Of a DNA stretch of 64,000 nt, positions 1-11,818 are shown piece after piece (the first letter of the stretch is position 1; the number at the start of each line of letters is the position of its first letter). The notes beneath the pieces are model-generated. The model did not search any database and was not told the origin of the DNA. It saw only the letters and a list, made by a program, of their open reading frames with translations. This stretch comes from Flectonema sp. DT1601 (Eukaryota): assembly GCA_964019425.1 (NCBI GenBank), contig OZ025783.1, positions 310,001-374,000 on the forward strand. The letters are read 5' to 3'. Both the position numbers and the translations under genes were made by a program.

Positions 1-1866
1 TAAATTATAGACTTAAGGGGGGGGAAATCAACGCAATAAGAGGGACTTCTTTTTTTTTTTTTTTTTTTTTCATTCTTTCAGCTTGCCTAATAATTTGTGT
101 ACCTTCATTTCTACGTAAATACTCAAAATATTCCATTTTTTTCTCTTTTTTTTTTTTTTTCTTCTTTTTTTTTTTGTTGTCGTCGCAATATCGTACCACT
201 TCAAGCAAATCGCATTCTAACCCGGATTACCAAAGTTTCTAGTAACCTTAAGCATTCAGAACAATGAATCATCAACACACACAGTGAGCTAGTTAGTTAT
301 GGCGCACACAGTTGTGTTGAATTTTTGATTTGAAGGAGGAGGGGGTGGGGTTTCTGCTATTTCTTCTTTAAAACGATTGTAATTTTCAACACGATTTGAT
401 ACATCGTGGAGACCAATTCAACATTAAAAAAAAAGACTACGCAGAAAGAATCCTCTAATGTTTTTCCTATATAAAAAGGAGTCGTTATTAGTTGCGAGAC
501 TTCAACATCGAGGACGACCCATCGCCGCACCGATGACGACGTGAAAAGGAGAGAACAGCATCAAAGAGGGAGGGAATTTCAATAGAATGTCAGATTTTCT
601 ATCGCGTTTTTTTTTTTTTTTTTTTTTTCCCCACTGAAGCCAAGACCCCTTATCTTTTTTTTTTTTTTGTAAATACACAACGACGAGGGGATGAATAAAA
701 AAAACAAATCAATTGCATCGGAGCCAACACCTTCGAGAGCCACAAATCCAGCTGCAATAAATCACTGCAATGCATCATAAATAACACAAAGACACAGTTA
801 CTATGATGAATATAAGACCGACCCACCTCTGACGATCATGCCTAGAGATTGGTTATATTTTTATTACCAGATGCAATGTAATTTATGTAAACAATTAGTA
901 AATAATGATACAGTAGACTAAAAGGTGATGCAACTACTTTTTTTCCGTGTTGTTCAAGTGCGAGAACGGAATCGAGTTATTCAATTTCTTAAATAATAGT
1001 GAGCCTTGGACTGAAGCCAAGGGGGGTGAATCACAATAATTAATACAACACAAAAACAATTAAAAAAAATAAACACGTTTTCTTTTTTTTTTTTTTTTTT
1101 CTCTTGCTTAAGCAGCCAGAAAAGTGGGAATATAGCAAAGAGAAAGAGAGAAAGAGAGACAGAGAGAGAGACAGAGAGAATAAGGATGTTTCCTGAAATG
1201 GAACAAAAAAAAAAAAAAAAAAAAAAAAGAAATATCAGTTTTGTCAAAATTAGTAAAACTTCATAAACTAACGAGCAGAACCGATAAATTGAACATAGCG
1301 GACTGGAATGTGTCCCTGGTGAGGGAAAGAGAGAAAAAAAAAGAAGGGAAAAAAAACAGTAATAAACACCTCATGCGTATTAAAGACAAACACACACCCT
1401 TGACGTAGAACGCCTACGAACTAATCGAAGAGCGTCTACTGGAGGGATAAAGCTATAAGTTTAATCTGAGAGTTTGCCAGAATCTTAAAACAATTGGGGT
1501 TAACCGTTTGAGCATATTTATAATGATATAAATATATAGTTCGCATCAAATGTGAGCAAGGGAAAAAGCTTGAAGACATATATAGAAGAAGGAGAAATGC
1601 CTCATAGACACGTACTGCCACTAAACTACTATATTTGTTCCGATTATTATTATTATTATTATTATTTTATTTTCTTCTTAAGAGTGTGGATGAGCTGCCG
1701 TTGGCAGACTTGCAAAACTGCTATCAGAAAGTGGGGTTTAAAAAAAAAGAAAAAAAAAGGGATGAATCAAGAAAGGCTTTTGAGAGAAAAAGCCTTCTAG
1801 GCACCCGCAGTCTGAATAATTACACGTGAATAATTACAAAAAAAAGAACGGAAAATTTTTTTTTAT

Positions 1867-1905
<39 letters not shown>

Positions 1906-2504
1906 TGACGAAATCGGAGCAGAAACTATTCAGATTAAGCCGCTTTGTATTATTATGCACCGTATGCGATCAAACAAAGTATAAGGCTGTTATCTGAATG
2001 GTTTTTTTTAAGCACGAAGCAGAGAAGACTAGGTCACCCTAATTACGTGTCACCAGTAGCAAAAATAATAATTAGTATCAGTAAATAGAAGAAAGAAAAA
2101 GAAGAAAAAAACGCTCTTTTAACAGTTGCACTGCGAACAGAAAAGAAGAAGAGAAAAAAAAACATCGAAAGTAATTAGCTGGTTAGGCTACGTTGCTTAG
2201 AAATTACAAAAAAAAAATTTAAAAAAGAAACAGTATGTAAGCCTAACGAGAAAAACGTTTTTTAAGTGCGATTTTTTAGAAACGACCGATCGTACAAGAG
2301 AAACGCATGAACTGGGCATACGTAACAAGCTTCCCAGACAAATTAAAAATAGTGGAGATATCAAGCAATGCCGGGTTATCGCAATTACTTTTAACTCGCT
2401 GAGAAACAAGAAAAAAAAGAAAACAACTCACTAATTAAAAGGTAGAAGAGTACAACCTCCGGATAACCAAATTAAAAGGTTGGCAGATCTTGATTTTTTT
2501 TATA

Positions 2505-2540
<36 letters not shown>

Positions 2541-2626
2541 AATGGAATGGAATGAAACTCAAAGTTAAAGTTCGGTTTGAAATTTAAATAAAGTACACTT
2601 TTGTGGGGGACCCCCAAAAGACTCAC

Positions 2627-2662
<36 letters not shown>

Positions 2663-3047
2663 AAAAACAAAAAAAATTCAAAAGCAAGCTTCAAGGGATG
2701 GGAGACGAAAAGACTATTTATTTTTACTTAATCAGACTATCAAAGTGTAACAGCACGGCTTCACACTCCGAAAGTATTTATTTGTGTGTTTATTTTTCTT
2801 TATTTTCTTTTTTTTTTTTTTTGCTACGATTTCTGATGTTCTCCAAGAAGAACATCAGCTGAATAAAATGAACATGGGGGGAAGAAAAAAAAAAAAAAAA
2901 AAAACCTATAATGCTACACAAAACCACAAGCCGCATTTATTTTTTGTACGGGGAAGGGAGTGATCCAATTATTTATATCGCTTATCGTGACAAAAAAATT
3001 GGGAATTTTCGAAAAAATAAAAAAAAAAAAATTAAAAAAAGGAAGGC

Positions 3048-4508
3048 TCACGGGGCAAATGAACGGCTTCTGAGAAGCTGCAAGAGTGTCTTTCCTTGTT
3101 TGAATTGCGCTAACTCGACCTGAACAGGTACAACTGCATTGCAAATTTGAGCAAATTCACGCTGGCTTGCGTGATGCACAGCAGTCTGTACCACAAAGTT
3201 TCCATAGCTATCAAGTGCGAGAAGTTGAGCGTGACTGGCGATAATCTGAAGAGTCTGTTCTCTCTCACGGTCGTTTCTCTTAATTAATGTCTCAACTACA
3301 TTACTTCCATGCTTATTTCTTGATAGGTCGACTACATGAGGTACCAGAGCGTTAACTAATAGATCTGCCTCACCTTGAAGACAAGCCTGGATTACGTAAT
3401 TCCCGAATCCATGCATTGCTAGTCTCTTAGCATCAGTACAGATCTCACGGAGTAGATGATTTCTTCGTTCTCCAGTTACTCTCTTCATAGCAGTGCGGAT
3501 ACCGCAGGCGCCATTCTTGTCGCAGCTGACTTCTGAAATTCTTCCACTCAATCCTTTGAATAAAATATCAACGTACTTTGCTGGTAACACATCAGCGGCT
3601 TTCTGAATTACATATGTACCAACTGGGTCTTTACACAAACTACAAACATGATCAGATAACGCATGGCAAACAATTCTTCTTTGATCACTCGTTTCACACT
3701 TTCCTAAAAGAGTTTGTGCTACTCTTGTTCCAGTCTGTGTGGTACTAAGGCTTCCAAGAGAAGGAGCTAAAGCGGTACAAAGTTGGGTGATTAAATCACT
3801 ATCAGTTGCAACTTTAACAATACATTGGACGACGTAGTTACCAAAGAAATCAGATGCAAGGCAGCCAATTGTTGGAAGTAGTTCATCGACTACTTCGCGA
3901 AGTTGTGATTGAGGTGATTTTGTGATTATATTCTGGAGTTCAAGACATCCTCCTTTCACACGTGCAGCACACTTTAGAGAACCAAACTTTTGCACCAAAG
4001 CAATCCTTGCGAGTTCATTTGGTGCAAGTTGAGGTGGGCAGTCAACATCGTGCTCAGCCATTTGTCTGATTTCAATATTTTTGTAGACTCGTTGCATTCT
4101 TTTGTACGATCCACTCATTGCGGCTGAGGCGTTTTTAGCCTCTAGCATTCTCTCAAGAGCTTTGATTTCGAGTCGTAAATGTTCAACCTCAGTTACTCTT
4201 GGGAGGGGATCAGACATACGTCTGTCTCGCAGTGTCAGTTCAACGTCAGGTTCTCCAACATCGAAGTGAATCTTTCCACAATGAACACCACTGTGTTCAG
4301 ACTTGCTCTTTACTTCATCCTGGTCTAGGATATTACCGATTTGTAACAAAGATGAGTATTCTCCTGGTGGAGGCTCTTCGACATCTGCGAGATTAAAACC
4401 CCAGGGCTCATCATCATCAAGTGAATCTTCCATCTCTCCAGATAACTTTACCTCTTTTATCAAATCGACTATTTCTCTTTGAGATTGATCAGCGAGCATT
4501 CTGTTCAT
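3048..4508 (-). CDS. Pumilio/PUF-family RNA-binding protein (8 C-terminal PUF repeats)
   Basis: 486-aa ORF with PUF repeat signatures: ASDFFGNYVVQ, STTQTGTRVAQ, CKDPVGTYVIQ, AMHGFGNYVIQ, SRNKHGSNVVE, ALDSYGNFVVQ, plus a C-terminal GK cap-like segment. Confidence 0.93.
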   Translation of the reverse strand: MNRMLADQSQREIVDLIKEVKLSGEMEDSLDDDEPWGFNLADVEEPPPGEYSSLLQIGNILDQDEVKSKSEHSGVHCGKIHFDVGEPDVELTLRDRRMSDPLPRVTEVEHLRLEIKALERMLEAKNASAAMSGSYKRMQRVYKNIEIRQMAEHDVDCPPQLAPNELARIALVQKFGSLKCAARVKGGCLELQNIITKSPQSQLREVVDELLPTIGCLASDFFGNYVVQCIVKVATDSDLITQLCTALAPSLGSLSTTQTGTRVAQTLLGKCETSDQRRIVCHALSDHVCSLCKDPVGTYVIQKAADVLPAKYVDILFKGLSGRISEVSCDKNGACGIRTAMKRVTGERRNHLLREICTDAKRLAMHGFGNYVIQACLQGEADLLVNALVPHVVDLSRNKHGSNVVETLIKRNDREREQTLQIIASHAQLLALDSYGNFVVQTAVHHASQREFAQICNAVVPVQVELAQFKQGKTLLQLLRSRSFAP

Positions 4509-4732
4509 AGTTTTCTTCTCTTTTTTTTGTATTTGTTTTTTACTACTGACTAATATAAGAGATAACGATTAATTGAACTTTTACTGAAGGAGTCAAATAA
4601 AATCATTGCAACACATCAAGAGACCCGTTGCTAAAATTAATTTTTGCTACAAAATAGTAGTACGTCTATTCACTTTTTTTAAAAGTTTGCAAGCTACATT
4701 CGAATCTCGTTAACATATTCACAAACAGAAAA

Positions 4733-4927
4733 ATGCCAGCTGTCGTAAAAACAGCTGTGGCAGCAGATACCGACCTGTCACTCACTTAGTTTTGAGTCAC
4801 AGGAGGTACAAAAGCACGTTTTATTTTCATAGCAACTTCAGATTATCAAAGCAGCTGTTGCTGCAATTTGATGTATGCCAGCTGTGTATAAAACAGCTGT
4901 TGCAGTAGATACCGACCTGTTTACTCA
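4733..4927. repeat. Two ~52-bp direct repeats (4733-4784, 4875-4927), each with an internal hairpin
   Basis: atgccagctgt-N7-acagctgt(g/t)gcag(c/t)agataccgacctgt..actca occurs twice. The CAGCTGT/ACAGCTG stem is identical in both copies and the loop differs. Confidence 0.85.
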
Positions 4928-5232
4928 TTCCGTTTCACACCTCAACAACTATAGTAGAAGTTGTCAACAATTCAAATATCTATTTTTTATTATTTAACGC
5001 GGGCAACATATTCCATCAACAGTAAGGGCAACACAAAAGGATAGATTTTTTTTGAAAATTGAAGATTTGAAAAAGACGAGGGAAAAAAAAAATAAATAAA
5101 TAATGAATGGTTATTCAGTGTACCAATTCGTTCCATATAGCGTAAAAATAAAAGTAGACCCAAAATTGCACTTTTTTTTTCTGATAGCTATGTACGCTGA
5201 TACTTATTTGTGGCTAATGTCCTCAAAAAAGA

Positions 5233-5376
5233 ATCGGCAAACTTCACTTTTTACTTACTAACTCACACTTTTATTTTGTTTGTGCGCAACCGGTAGAAAA
5301 TCCTAATAAAGGAATAGGTAGTTACGCTGCCACAATTCTCTTTCTACCGAACAATGGGTTTGTGGGTACAAAAAGA
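5233..5376. repeat. Dispersed intergenic element, copy 1 (downstream of actinin gene)
   Basis: atcggcaaacttcactttttactt..actcacac..ttattttgtttgtg..caac..ggta.aaaatcctaat...ggtttgt..gtacaaaa aligns by eye with 15397-15503. Confidence 0.8.
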
Positions 5377-5549
5377 AAAAGAAAAAAAACAGAAAAGTTG
5401 AGTCTGACAATTAAGGCATCGACAAAGACACGGATTATGAAATGCAAAAAAATTAAAAAAAAAAAAAAATAACGTAAAAGACCAAAAGGTAGTCTATGAT
5501 TTACCTTTTTTGTCGTTAAAAAGATTACTATCTTCGTATTGTTTCTAAT

Positions 5550-7436
5550 TTATTCTTTTTTCTCATAAATATCGCGAATGTACGTCTTGAAGTCATACAC
5601 GCCGCTTTCCTTTCTTGGAATCCGTTCAGCAAAGTGGGCAGCTGTTTCTTCACCGAGAGTTTTTTCTAATTCGTCATAGGTGAGACCCTCAGATCCTTCA
5701 GGTTGAAGCTCCACGAGTGAGTTGAGAATTTCATCCGGAGAATCAGCATCTGCTTCCATTTTAGTCATAATTTTAACGAATTCAGTGAAAGCCATGCCTT
5801 GTTTGTTGTCGTTATTTTCTTTAAACATTTTAGCAACAGCTTCGTCAGTGAAGTCCTTTCCAAGTCCCTTTAAACAGTTGGAGAATTCATCCGACGTTAA
5901 AAACCCATTACTATTCTCATCAAAATGATCAAAAGTTTCTTTGATTTCTGATAATTTCTCTGCACTGACTCCGCTGTTCTTTTTTGCTTGAATTTGTGAT
6001 TCTAAGAAGGCGATTTTTTTACCAATTAACCTTAAGAGGTCTGATAGATCCCTTTCTATGTCTTCGATACTTCCTTCCAGTCCTGCGATGTCATCAACTG
6101 AGACGGATGCGTCAGAAAGTTCCTTCGATGCTTCTAAGCATTTTATAAGAATGCTTTCATCGTTTGTTGATAGTTCGATTACTTGTTCTTTACATTTTTG
6201 AACCTGCTCAAGTAGCATTTCTAAGTCTTCTCCAGTAGCTGAACGAACTTCTGATGATATCTGTTTCAACATATTGTTTAAGTCAGTCGTACCTTTCAGG
6301 TAGTCTTCACAGACTGATTTCTTCTTTTCTGTGTATGAGAGTCTTAGTTTTGATAGTTTTTCATTAGCTGCAATTTCTACTTCTGACCATTTCTCGTTTA
6401 TGACGTCAGACGATTGTTCTGAAGGAGGTTCGTAAGCAGGTCGCTTAGCTGTTGATAAAGCTGTTTGTAAGTTTGATAAAATCGATTCTAAACTTTCTTT
6501 GACTGATCTCTTGTCGTTTAGTTCTCCAGATCTGAATGTGTTTAACTTGTCGAGAGCCTGTTTGATATTTTTAAGTGTCATTTCTTTTCTCATCGGACTT
6601 GTTGGACAACTCTCACCCAAAAGAACTGGAAGCTCTTCATCTACAAATTGAATGATGTCACTCGATTTTGATTCGTAGTCTGTTTGTAAGGAGTCAATCA
6701 CTTTTTGGTTTTCAAAGAACTTGATAACTCTTCTTTGAGTTACTTCTGCGCTTTGTTCTTTACTAAAAACTGTAAAGAGGGTGCTTATGTACGTCATCGT
6801 TGTCTTTTCATCAATCGCTTGTTCGATGTCAACTGCATCGACCAATGCTGGGATTTGTAGTTGTTCTTCGCCAACGCTCAGACACTTTTCAAGGATCTCA
6901 ACAGCTGGTAATTCCTTAACCTCATCGTAGTTGATTGCTGAAGGTCTGTGTTTGTGAATCAATGCTGCTAAAGCTAGTCCTGATGCCCAAGATTTCTTAA
7001 AATTAGAAACTTCGATATCATACGGAGCAACAGCTCTCTTAACCCACAACAGTAAACCCGCCTTTCCACTTGCTTCTCCCTTGATTGATCCAAGTTGCTG
7101 TGCGTGGATGATTGCCCAGACAGCAGCAAGAGCACATCTGACGTCTCCACTTTCTAAGTCGGTTGGTCCGATTCCGATAAGTTTGATTTTTGCATCTTTG
7201 TACATGTCCATCACGATTCCAAGATTAGATATTCTGTGGATCTCATGTTTACATGGGTGATTGTGTTTAGGTAATGCTAGACCAGTTGCGACACTAATAA
7301 CTTTCATTAAGATTATTCCATCTCTTAGTTCTTCTTCTAAGTTCTCAACTTCGTCTTCAAATTCTCCTTTTTTTAGTTGTGAATTCATCCATTTCGTGAA
7401 ACTACGACGCTGAACGTCGATTACCTTGTCACTCAT
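5550..7436 (-). CDS. Alpha-actinin-like actin cross-linker (CH1-CH2, short spectrin-like rod, EF-hands)
   Basis: N-terminal QRRSFTKWMNSQL...LRDGIILMK (CH1), GLLLWVKR...VSNFKKSWASGLALAALIH (CH2), DEKTTMTYIS, a helical rod, and the C-terminal EF-hand FDHFDENSNGFLTSDEF. Confidence 0.92.
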   Translation of the reverse strand: MSDKVIDVQRRSFTKWMNSQLKKGEFEDEVENLEEELRDGIILMKVISVATGLALPKHNHPCKHEIHRISNLGIVMDMYKDAKIKLIGIGPTDLESGDVRCALAAVWAIIHAQQLGSIKGEASGKAGLLLWVKRAVAPYDIEVSNFKKSWASGLALAALIHKHRPSAINYDEVKELPAVEILEKCLSVGEEQLQIPALVDAVDIEQAIDEKTTMTYISTLFTVFSKEQSAEVTQRRVIKFFENQKVIDSLQTDYESKSSDIIQFVDEELPVLLGESCPTSPMRKEMTLKNIKQALDKLNTFRSGELNDKRSVKESLESILSNLQTALSTAKRPAYEPPSEQSSDVINEKWSEVEIAANEKLSKLRLSYTEKKKSVCEDYLKGTTDLNNMLKQISSEVRSATGEDLEMLLEQVQKCKEQVIELSTNDESILIKCLEASKELSDASVSVDDIAGLEGSIEDIERDLSDLLRLIGKKIAFLESQIQAKKNSGVSAEKLSEIKETFDHFDENSNGFLTSDEFSNCLKGLGKDFTDEAVAKMFKENNDNKQGMAFTEFVKIMTKMEADADSPDEILNSLVELQPEGSEGLTYDELEKTLGEETAAHFAERIPRKESGVYDFKTYIRDIYEKKE

Positions 7437-7698
7437 TTTTTTTTTTTTTTTTTGGTAGGCTGCTTTAATTTAAAAAAATATTTGTTCTTTATGAGAATCT
7501 GTTAATATTCTTTTTTGTTGTTGTTGTTGTTTTGTCAAAAAGATGACAAGAGATTAAAGATGAACTCGTACGGCAACGGGGAACCGTTGCCACTTCGTAA
7601 AATATATAAATACTAATAATAATAATATCAAGCTGATTAAAATAGCAGCCAGGTGTAACATAGATTGTCTAATTGTGATTTTCACTTTTTTGACTTAC

Positions 7699-8922
7699 TC
7701 ATTGGGAATCTGATCTCTCGGCTTCTGCTAAAAGTAACTCTAATTCCGCAACCCTATCAGTGGCTTCATTCTCTCGTTGTTGAATCTCAGCTCGAAGTCT
7801 TTGAAGTTTGTGAAGCTCTTCTGACACCTGTTTTGAAGAAAACAAATTGTTCTTTTTTTAATTTTGTTTTTTTAATAGTAGTTAAATTTATAACAAACAC
7901 TAACATACCACGGGATAAGTAGTGATCGTATTCGCTTTTCGTTTTCCTGAACTAAGACGACGTAGAAGATGTTGCTGCTGCTGTTGCTGCTGCTGTTGTT
8001 GCTGCTGCTTTTGCTGATACTGCTGAGGAGGTGCGGGTTTCTGACAAGACTGTTTGGTAGCTGCGCAAAGAGGGATCTTTAAATTTTGCATACTCTCTCC
8101 AAGACTCCACTCTATGAGTTGATAGCGATCGAAAACTTCATCAGTTAGGTTACAAAGAGCATCGCGTGATTCCTGAACGATGTTTCTTACGTCAGACATG
8201 GTTAAATTCTTTTTATATTTCGATTTTGATTTTACGTCTCTTCTTAACGCGTCCTCTTCACTTGCAATATCTGATCGCTCTTCACGTTCTGATGATTGAA
8301 TCTTTAACACGCCTGCTTCTTTGAGGAATTTCCTTCTCAGAAGATCCTTTTTGCTGTTTCGCTGTCTCCAAGCTACCTGAATACAGCGGGCGGCTTCGTT
8401 ACCGCGGGTTCTGATTTTGAGCATTTTTCTCTCCTTGAGATCTAAATTCCTGGATTCCGTCTTCTTTCGAAAGTAGTTTGTACCCTGTTCCCAGACCTTC
8501 ATCTGTCGGGTTAAATCACTTCCCCATGCTTTGTTTGAAGTTCGTCTGATAAGTATTCTTTCTGCGTGTCTGTTGTACGCGAGCTCTCGTAAAGGAGAAC
8601 TAAGAGTTCGTTCCAATCCCAAGTTGAGGGAGCATTCTTTTGAACCAAATAAATTAACTATTCGTTTTTGTTCTTCCTTTGCTGCTTTTGATTTTGATTG
8701 ACGTTTTCCATTCTCTCTGTAGTCCATAGCTGTTGATGGTCTAATGGTGGCTGCTATACCTTGCTGCTCTCGATAAATATCATACTGCCGTATACTGCTA
8801 GGACGGACTCCAGGAGCACTGTTAGGTCTCACACCCGGTACTACTGGTGGATGAGGAACCCTTGGAGATGTAGAAGCCGATAGCGAGTCTAACGGACAGT
8901 CAAGGTACGAATTCCAATCCAT
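7699..8922 (-). CDS. Two-exon IQ-motif/polyQ/coiled-coil protein (exons 8922-7909 and 7827-7699)
   Basis: Exon 1 has IQ-like AARCIQVAWRQRNSKK and a polyQ tract. Splicing GTG|gtatgt...ttcttcaaaacag|GTG (phase 0) adds an in-frame coiled-coil tail VSEELHKLQRLRAEIQQRENEATDRVAELELLLAEAERSDSQ*. Confidence 0.75.
7828..7908 (-). other. 81-nt GT-AG spliceosomal intron
   Basis: Donor GTATGT, AT-rich body containing an in-frame TAG, acceptor ...ttttcttcaaaacAG; removal keeps the reading frame. Confidence 0.75.
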
Positions 8923-10551
8923 TTTATTTTTATATTCTTTTTTAGGTTAAACTCGCTCGTCTACATTTACCTGTAACAAATATGATTGAGAGGCCTTTCC
9001 ATGGCAATTTCACTTTTCTTTTTCACAGAGAATTCAGGCTAATCTACTATGTTTGTTTTTTCACATAGTAAAAAAAATCAAAAAAAAAAAAAGTAAAACT
9101 GTGTACAGCACAATACTTCAAGGCTGTGGTAATGTTGTGCTAGAGTAAAGTTTTTTAAGTGTTTTTTTTTTTTTTTCTTTTTTTTTCAACGGATGAGAGG
9201 CAGATTAGAAGAGCAAAAAAAAATAATAAATGCTCTTTATTAGCGGCTTTCAAGAAGTGCAAATCCTGCGCAATGACTGCAGTTGCTCGAGTGTAAACAC
9301 CAACACTTGAAAGGGGTTGATAAAGAAAAGAAAAAGGAGGGGGGGGAAGCGGACAGAGAGAAATATGAAATATTTCTTCCGCCTATGCTGTGTTTTCTGA
9401 TAACATTGCGAACATCATTTTATTGCGCGAAAAATACGTTTTATTTAAAATAAAAAAAGAAAAAAAACCCGCAAACCTTTTTTTTTCCACACTTTCCTTT
9501 TTTTTTTTTTTTTTTTTTTTTGATTGTTTTTTTTCCCACGAATTTGCGGGAAAAAAAAAATAACCGTGTAATAATGGTGTAAAAATTGAAGGTTTTTTTT
9601 TTTTTTTTCTAATTTTATTTAAAAACTCATATTTGCCGAAGGGGAGGAGACATTCTGCATCATGAAACAACATATTTTCTTTTCTTTTTTTTTTTTTCCC
9701 CCCCACATTATTTTTCACTAATTATACGGAAGGCACGGACCCATGCAGAGCTGTAGAGTTAAATCGCTTGTGAAAAACGATTCCTCATCGGCATCTAGAG
9801 TTCCAGCATCAAAAGCATGATTGGAGTTGAGGAAGGAAAACACTGCTGTCAAACATGCACTTTGATTACAATTGAATCGAATTATAGTTTTGCACATAGA
9901 GAGTTTTGAAACATCAAGTAGAAAGGGGCAGAGGAGCAGAAGGGGAAAAGAGAAAAAAAAAAGAATTAATTCTCAGAAGGTGTGTAGGGTCTTAATGTGT
10001 AAATATGATTAACCGATTCAGATTACTATTCAGCTGAATGTCGTAACCACCAAAATGGCGGATAGTATGATACCTTGCGACATAGAAAGCTGAAAAAAAA
10101 GTAAAATCTCATCGTTTCTCCACGCTCAACGACGTTCGTAACAAAGAGACTTAAAGTCATTTTTTATTTATCGCAAAAAAGTAAAGTTTTTTTTTTTTTT
10201 TTTTTCATTCTATTCCCCTTCCAATGCTTCAGCATCACAATTCCCAGAAGAGGTCTAGTGACACAAAGCGCACGCTTGACCATTAACGCGCCTTCAAATT
10301 AACTGAAGGCAAACAGAATATCGAGAAGAACAAGAAATATCTACCCTTCCAGTCCACAGAGGGTCGGAGGTTACAGAAGCGCTTTATAGCGTAGCTGAAC
10401 TAAGAAGCAATAGCTTACATGGCGAATTTGCTACACTATGAAGTGAAGCAAAACATTTGGTTCGCTCTACATTTAAGAAATGCAGGGGCGGGAAGGAAGG
10501 AAAAGACTACGAGATTTTTTTTTTTTTTTTTTTTTTAGAGATATGTGATCA

Positions 10552-10977
10552 CTAATAAACAAGTGTAGAATATTGATTAACCGCATCATACATCGGTCGG
10601 TACATCGGTATAAAGCCACCCGTGTGAGGTACTACCAAAACCGGAGGTACTGGTTTTGGAATTGTTTGCTGCAACACAACTCTGCTTGTCTCACAAAACA
10701 CATGTGTTTCACCTGCTTCTGTTAGAATATCAATGCTTCCGTCAGGATGGGCACATTTACTTTTTACTAACCCGGGCACTAATTCTCCTTCTATCTCTAA
10801 CAGCACATTGCTTCCTAATGACATCCCTTTTGCCTTAGACAGCTTCTCGAGCATCTCTAGATGAGGAATGAGTTCCCTTTGCTGATTCTGTAACAACTGT
10901 TCAACAGCACGCTTCTGTCTGTCGATGTTCAAGGCAAGCAGCTTAGATTTCATTCTGCGGTTGCGGGCACGGGCCAT
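10552..10977 (-). CDS. Hypothetical protein (141 aa)
   Basis: ATG-initiated ORF with coding-like composition flanked by homopolymer-rich DNA; CA-rich leader and an upstream tag acceptor-like site. No domain recognised. Confidence 0.65.
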   Translation of the reverse strand: MARARNRRMKSKLLALNIDRQKRAVEQLLQNQQRELIPHLEMLEKLSKAKGMSLGSNVLLEIEGELVPGLVKSKCAHPDGSIDILTEAGETHVFCETSRVVLQQTIPKPVPPVLVVPHTGGFIPMYRPMYDAVNQYSTLVY

Positions 10978-11818
10978 AGTCGTGTGTGTGTGTTGTGTAA
11001 TAACCTATATGAGTACTTGATATTCGTTTACTTGTGTTGATGGACATTAAATAGGGAAATTTTGATTTACTCTCACCACCAAAAATAAAACTAACATAGA
11101 CTGTGGAGTGAAATAGTTAATAGAAAATAGAACTGCTGGTGACAATTTTTTTTTTTTTTTTCCATTATTTCCATTTGATTCCCGCCTCCCCAGACAAATA
11201 AAATCAATTTTTTTTTCCGGGTTTTACTACAAGGTACTAACTTTGTGCTGGAAGCTAAATTATATTTTATCGGTTTTCCCTTCAAATGAATTGTTTGGGT
11301 AAACACATGCAAGAAACACTCGTACTAGTGGTAAAGACCATACATCTTTGTGAGCTTCGTTCACTTTTTTCTTATTGTTTTCTGGGACCAGAAATTGACC
11401 CAATGTCAATCATGTGGTGGTGGAAAAATATTTACGGAATGAGTATGCAGGATCCCTAAAAGAACGACTTCTTCCGGTATGTTCACAATATTTTTTTTTT
11501 TTCTATCTTTTTTTATCAGTTTGCTACTCCTTTCTCACCAGATAGTCAGGACTGTACCTTATGACTTACTCAGGAAGCTGACTACTTGTCGTACTATTCT
11601 ACACAAGGCAGTATGTGCAGTTTCCTTTGACTTAAGAGTTTTGTTTTTCTTATTTGGGAATTCAACAGAAGAAGGACGTATGTAGGAGCTGTAGATTTTT
11701 ATGTTCTTTCAGAAATTACTTTTTGGGGTCAGTTTAACATATTTCAATATATTTATATTTTCTTTACACTATTTTTAACTTAACATTCTTATTAACTACA
11801 AGGAATTCAGACGAGGTT

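Noticed and set aside
1..3047. Short poly-Lys/poly-Phe ORFs
   Set aside because: They are produced by poly(A)/poly(T) tracts and microsatellites and have no coding signature. The same applies to 9383-9718 and 14057-14565.
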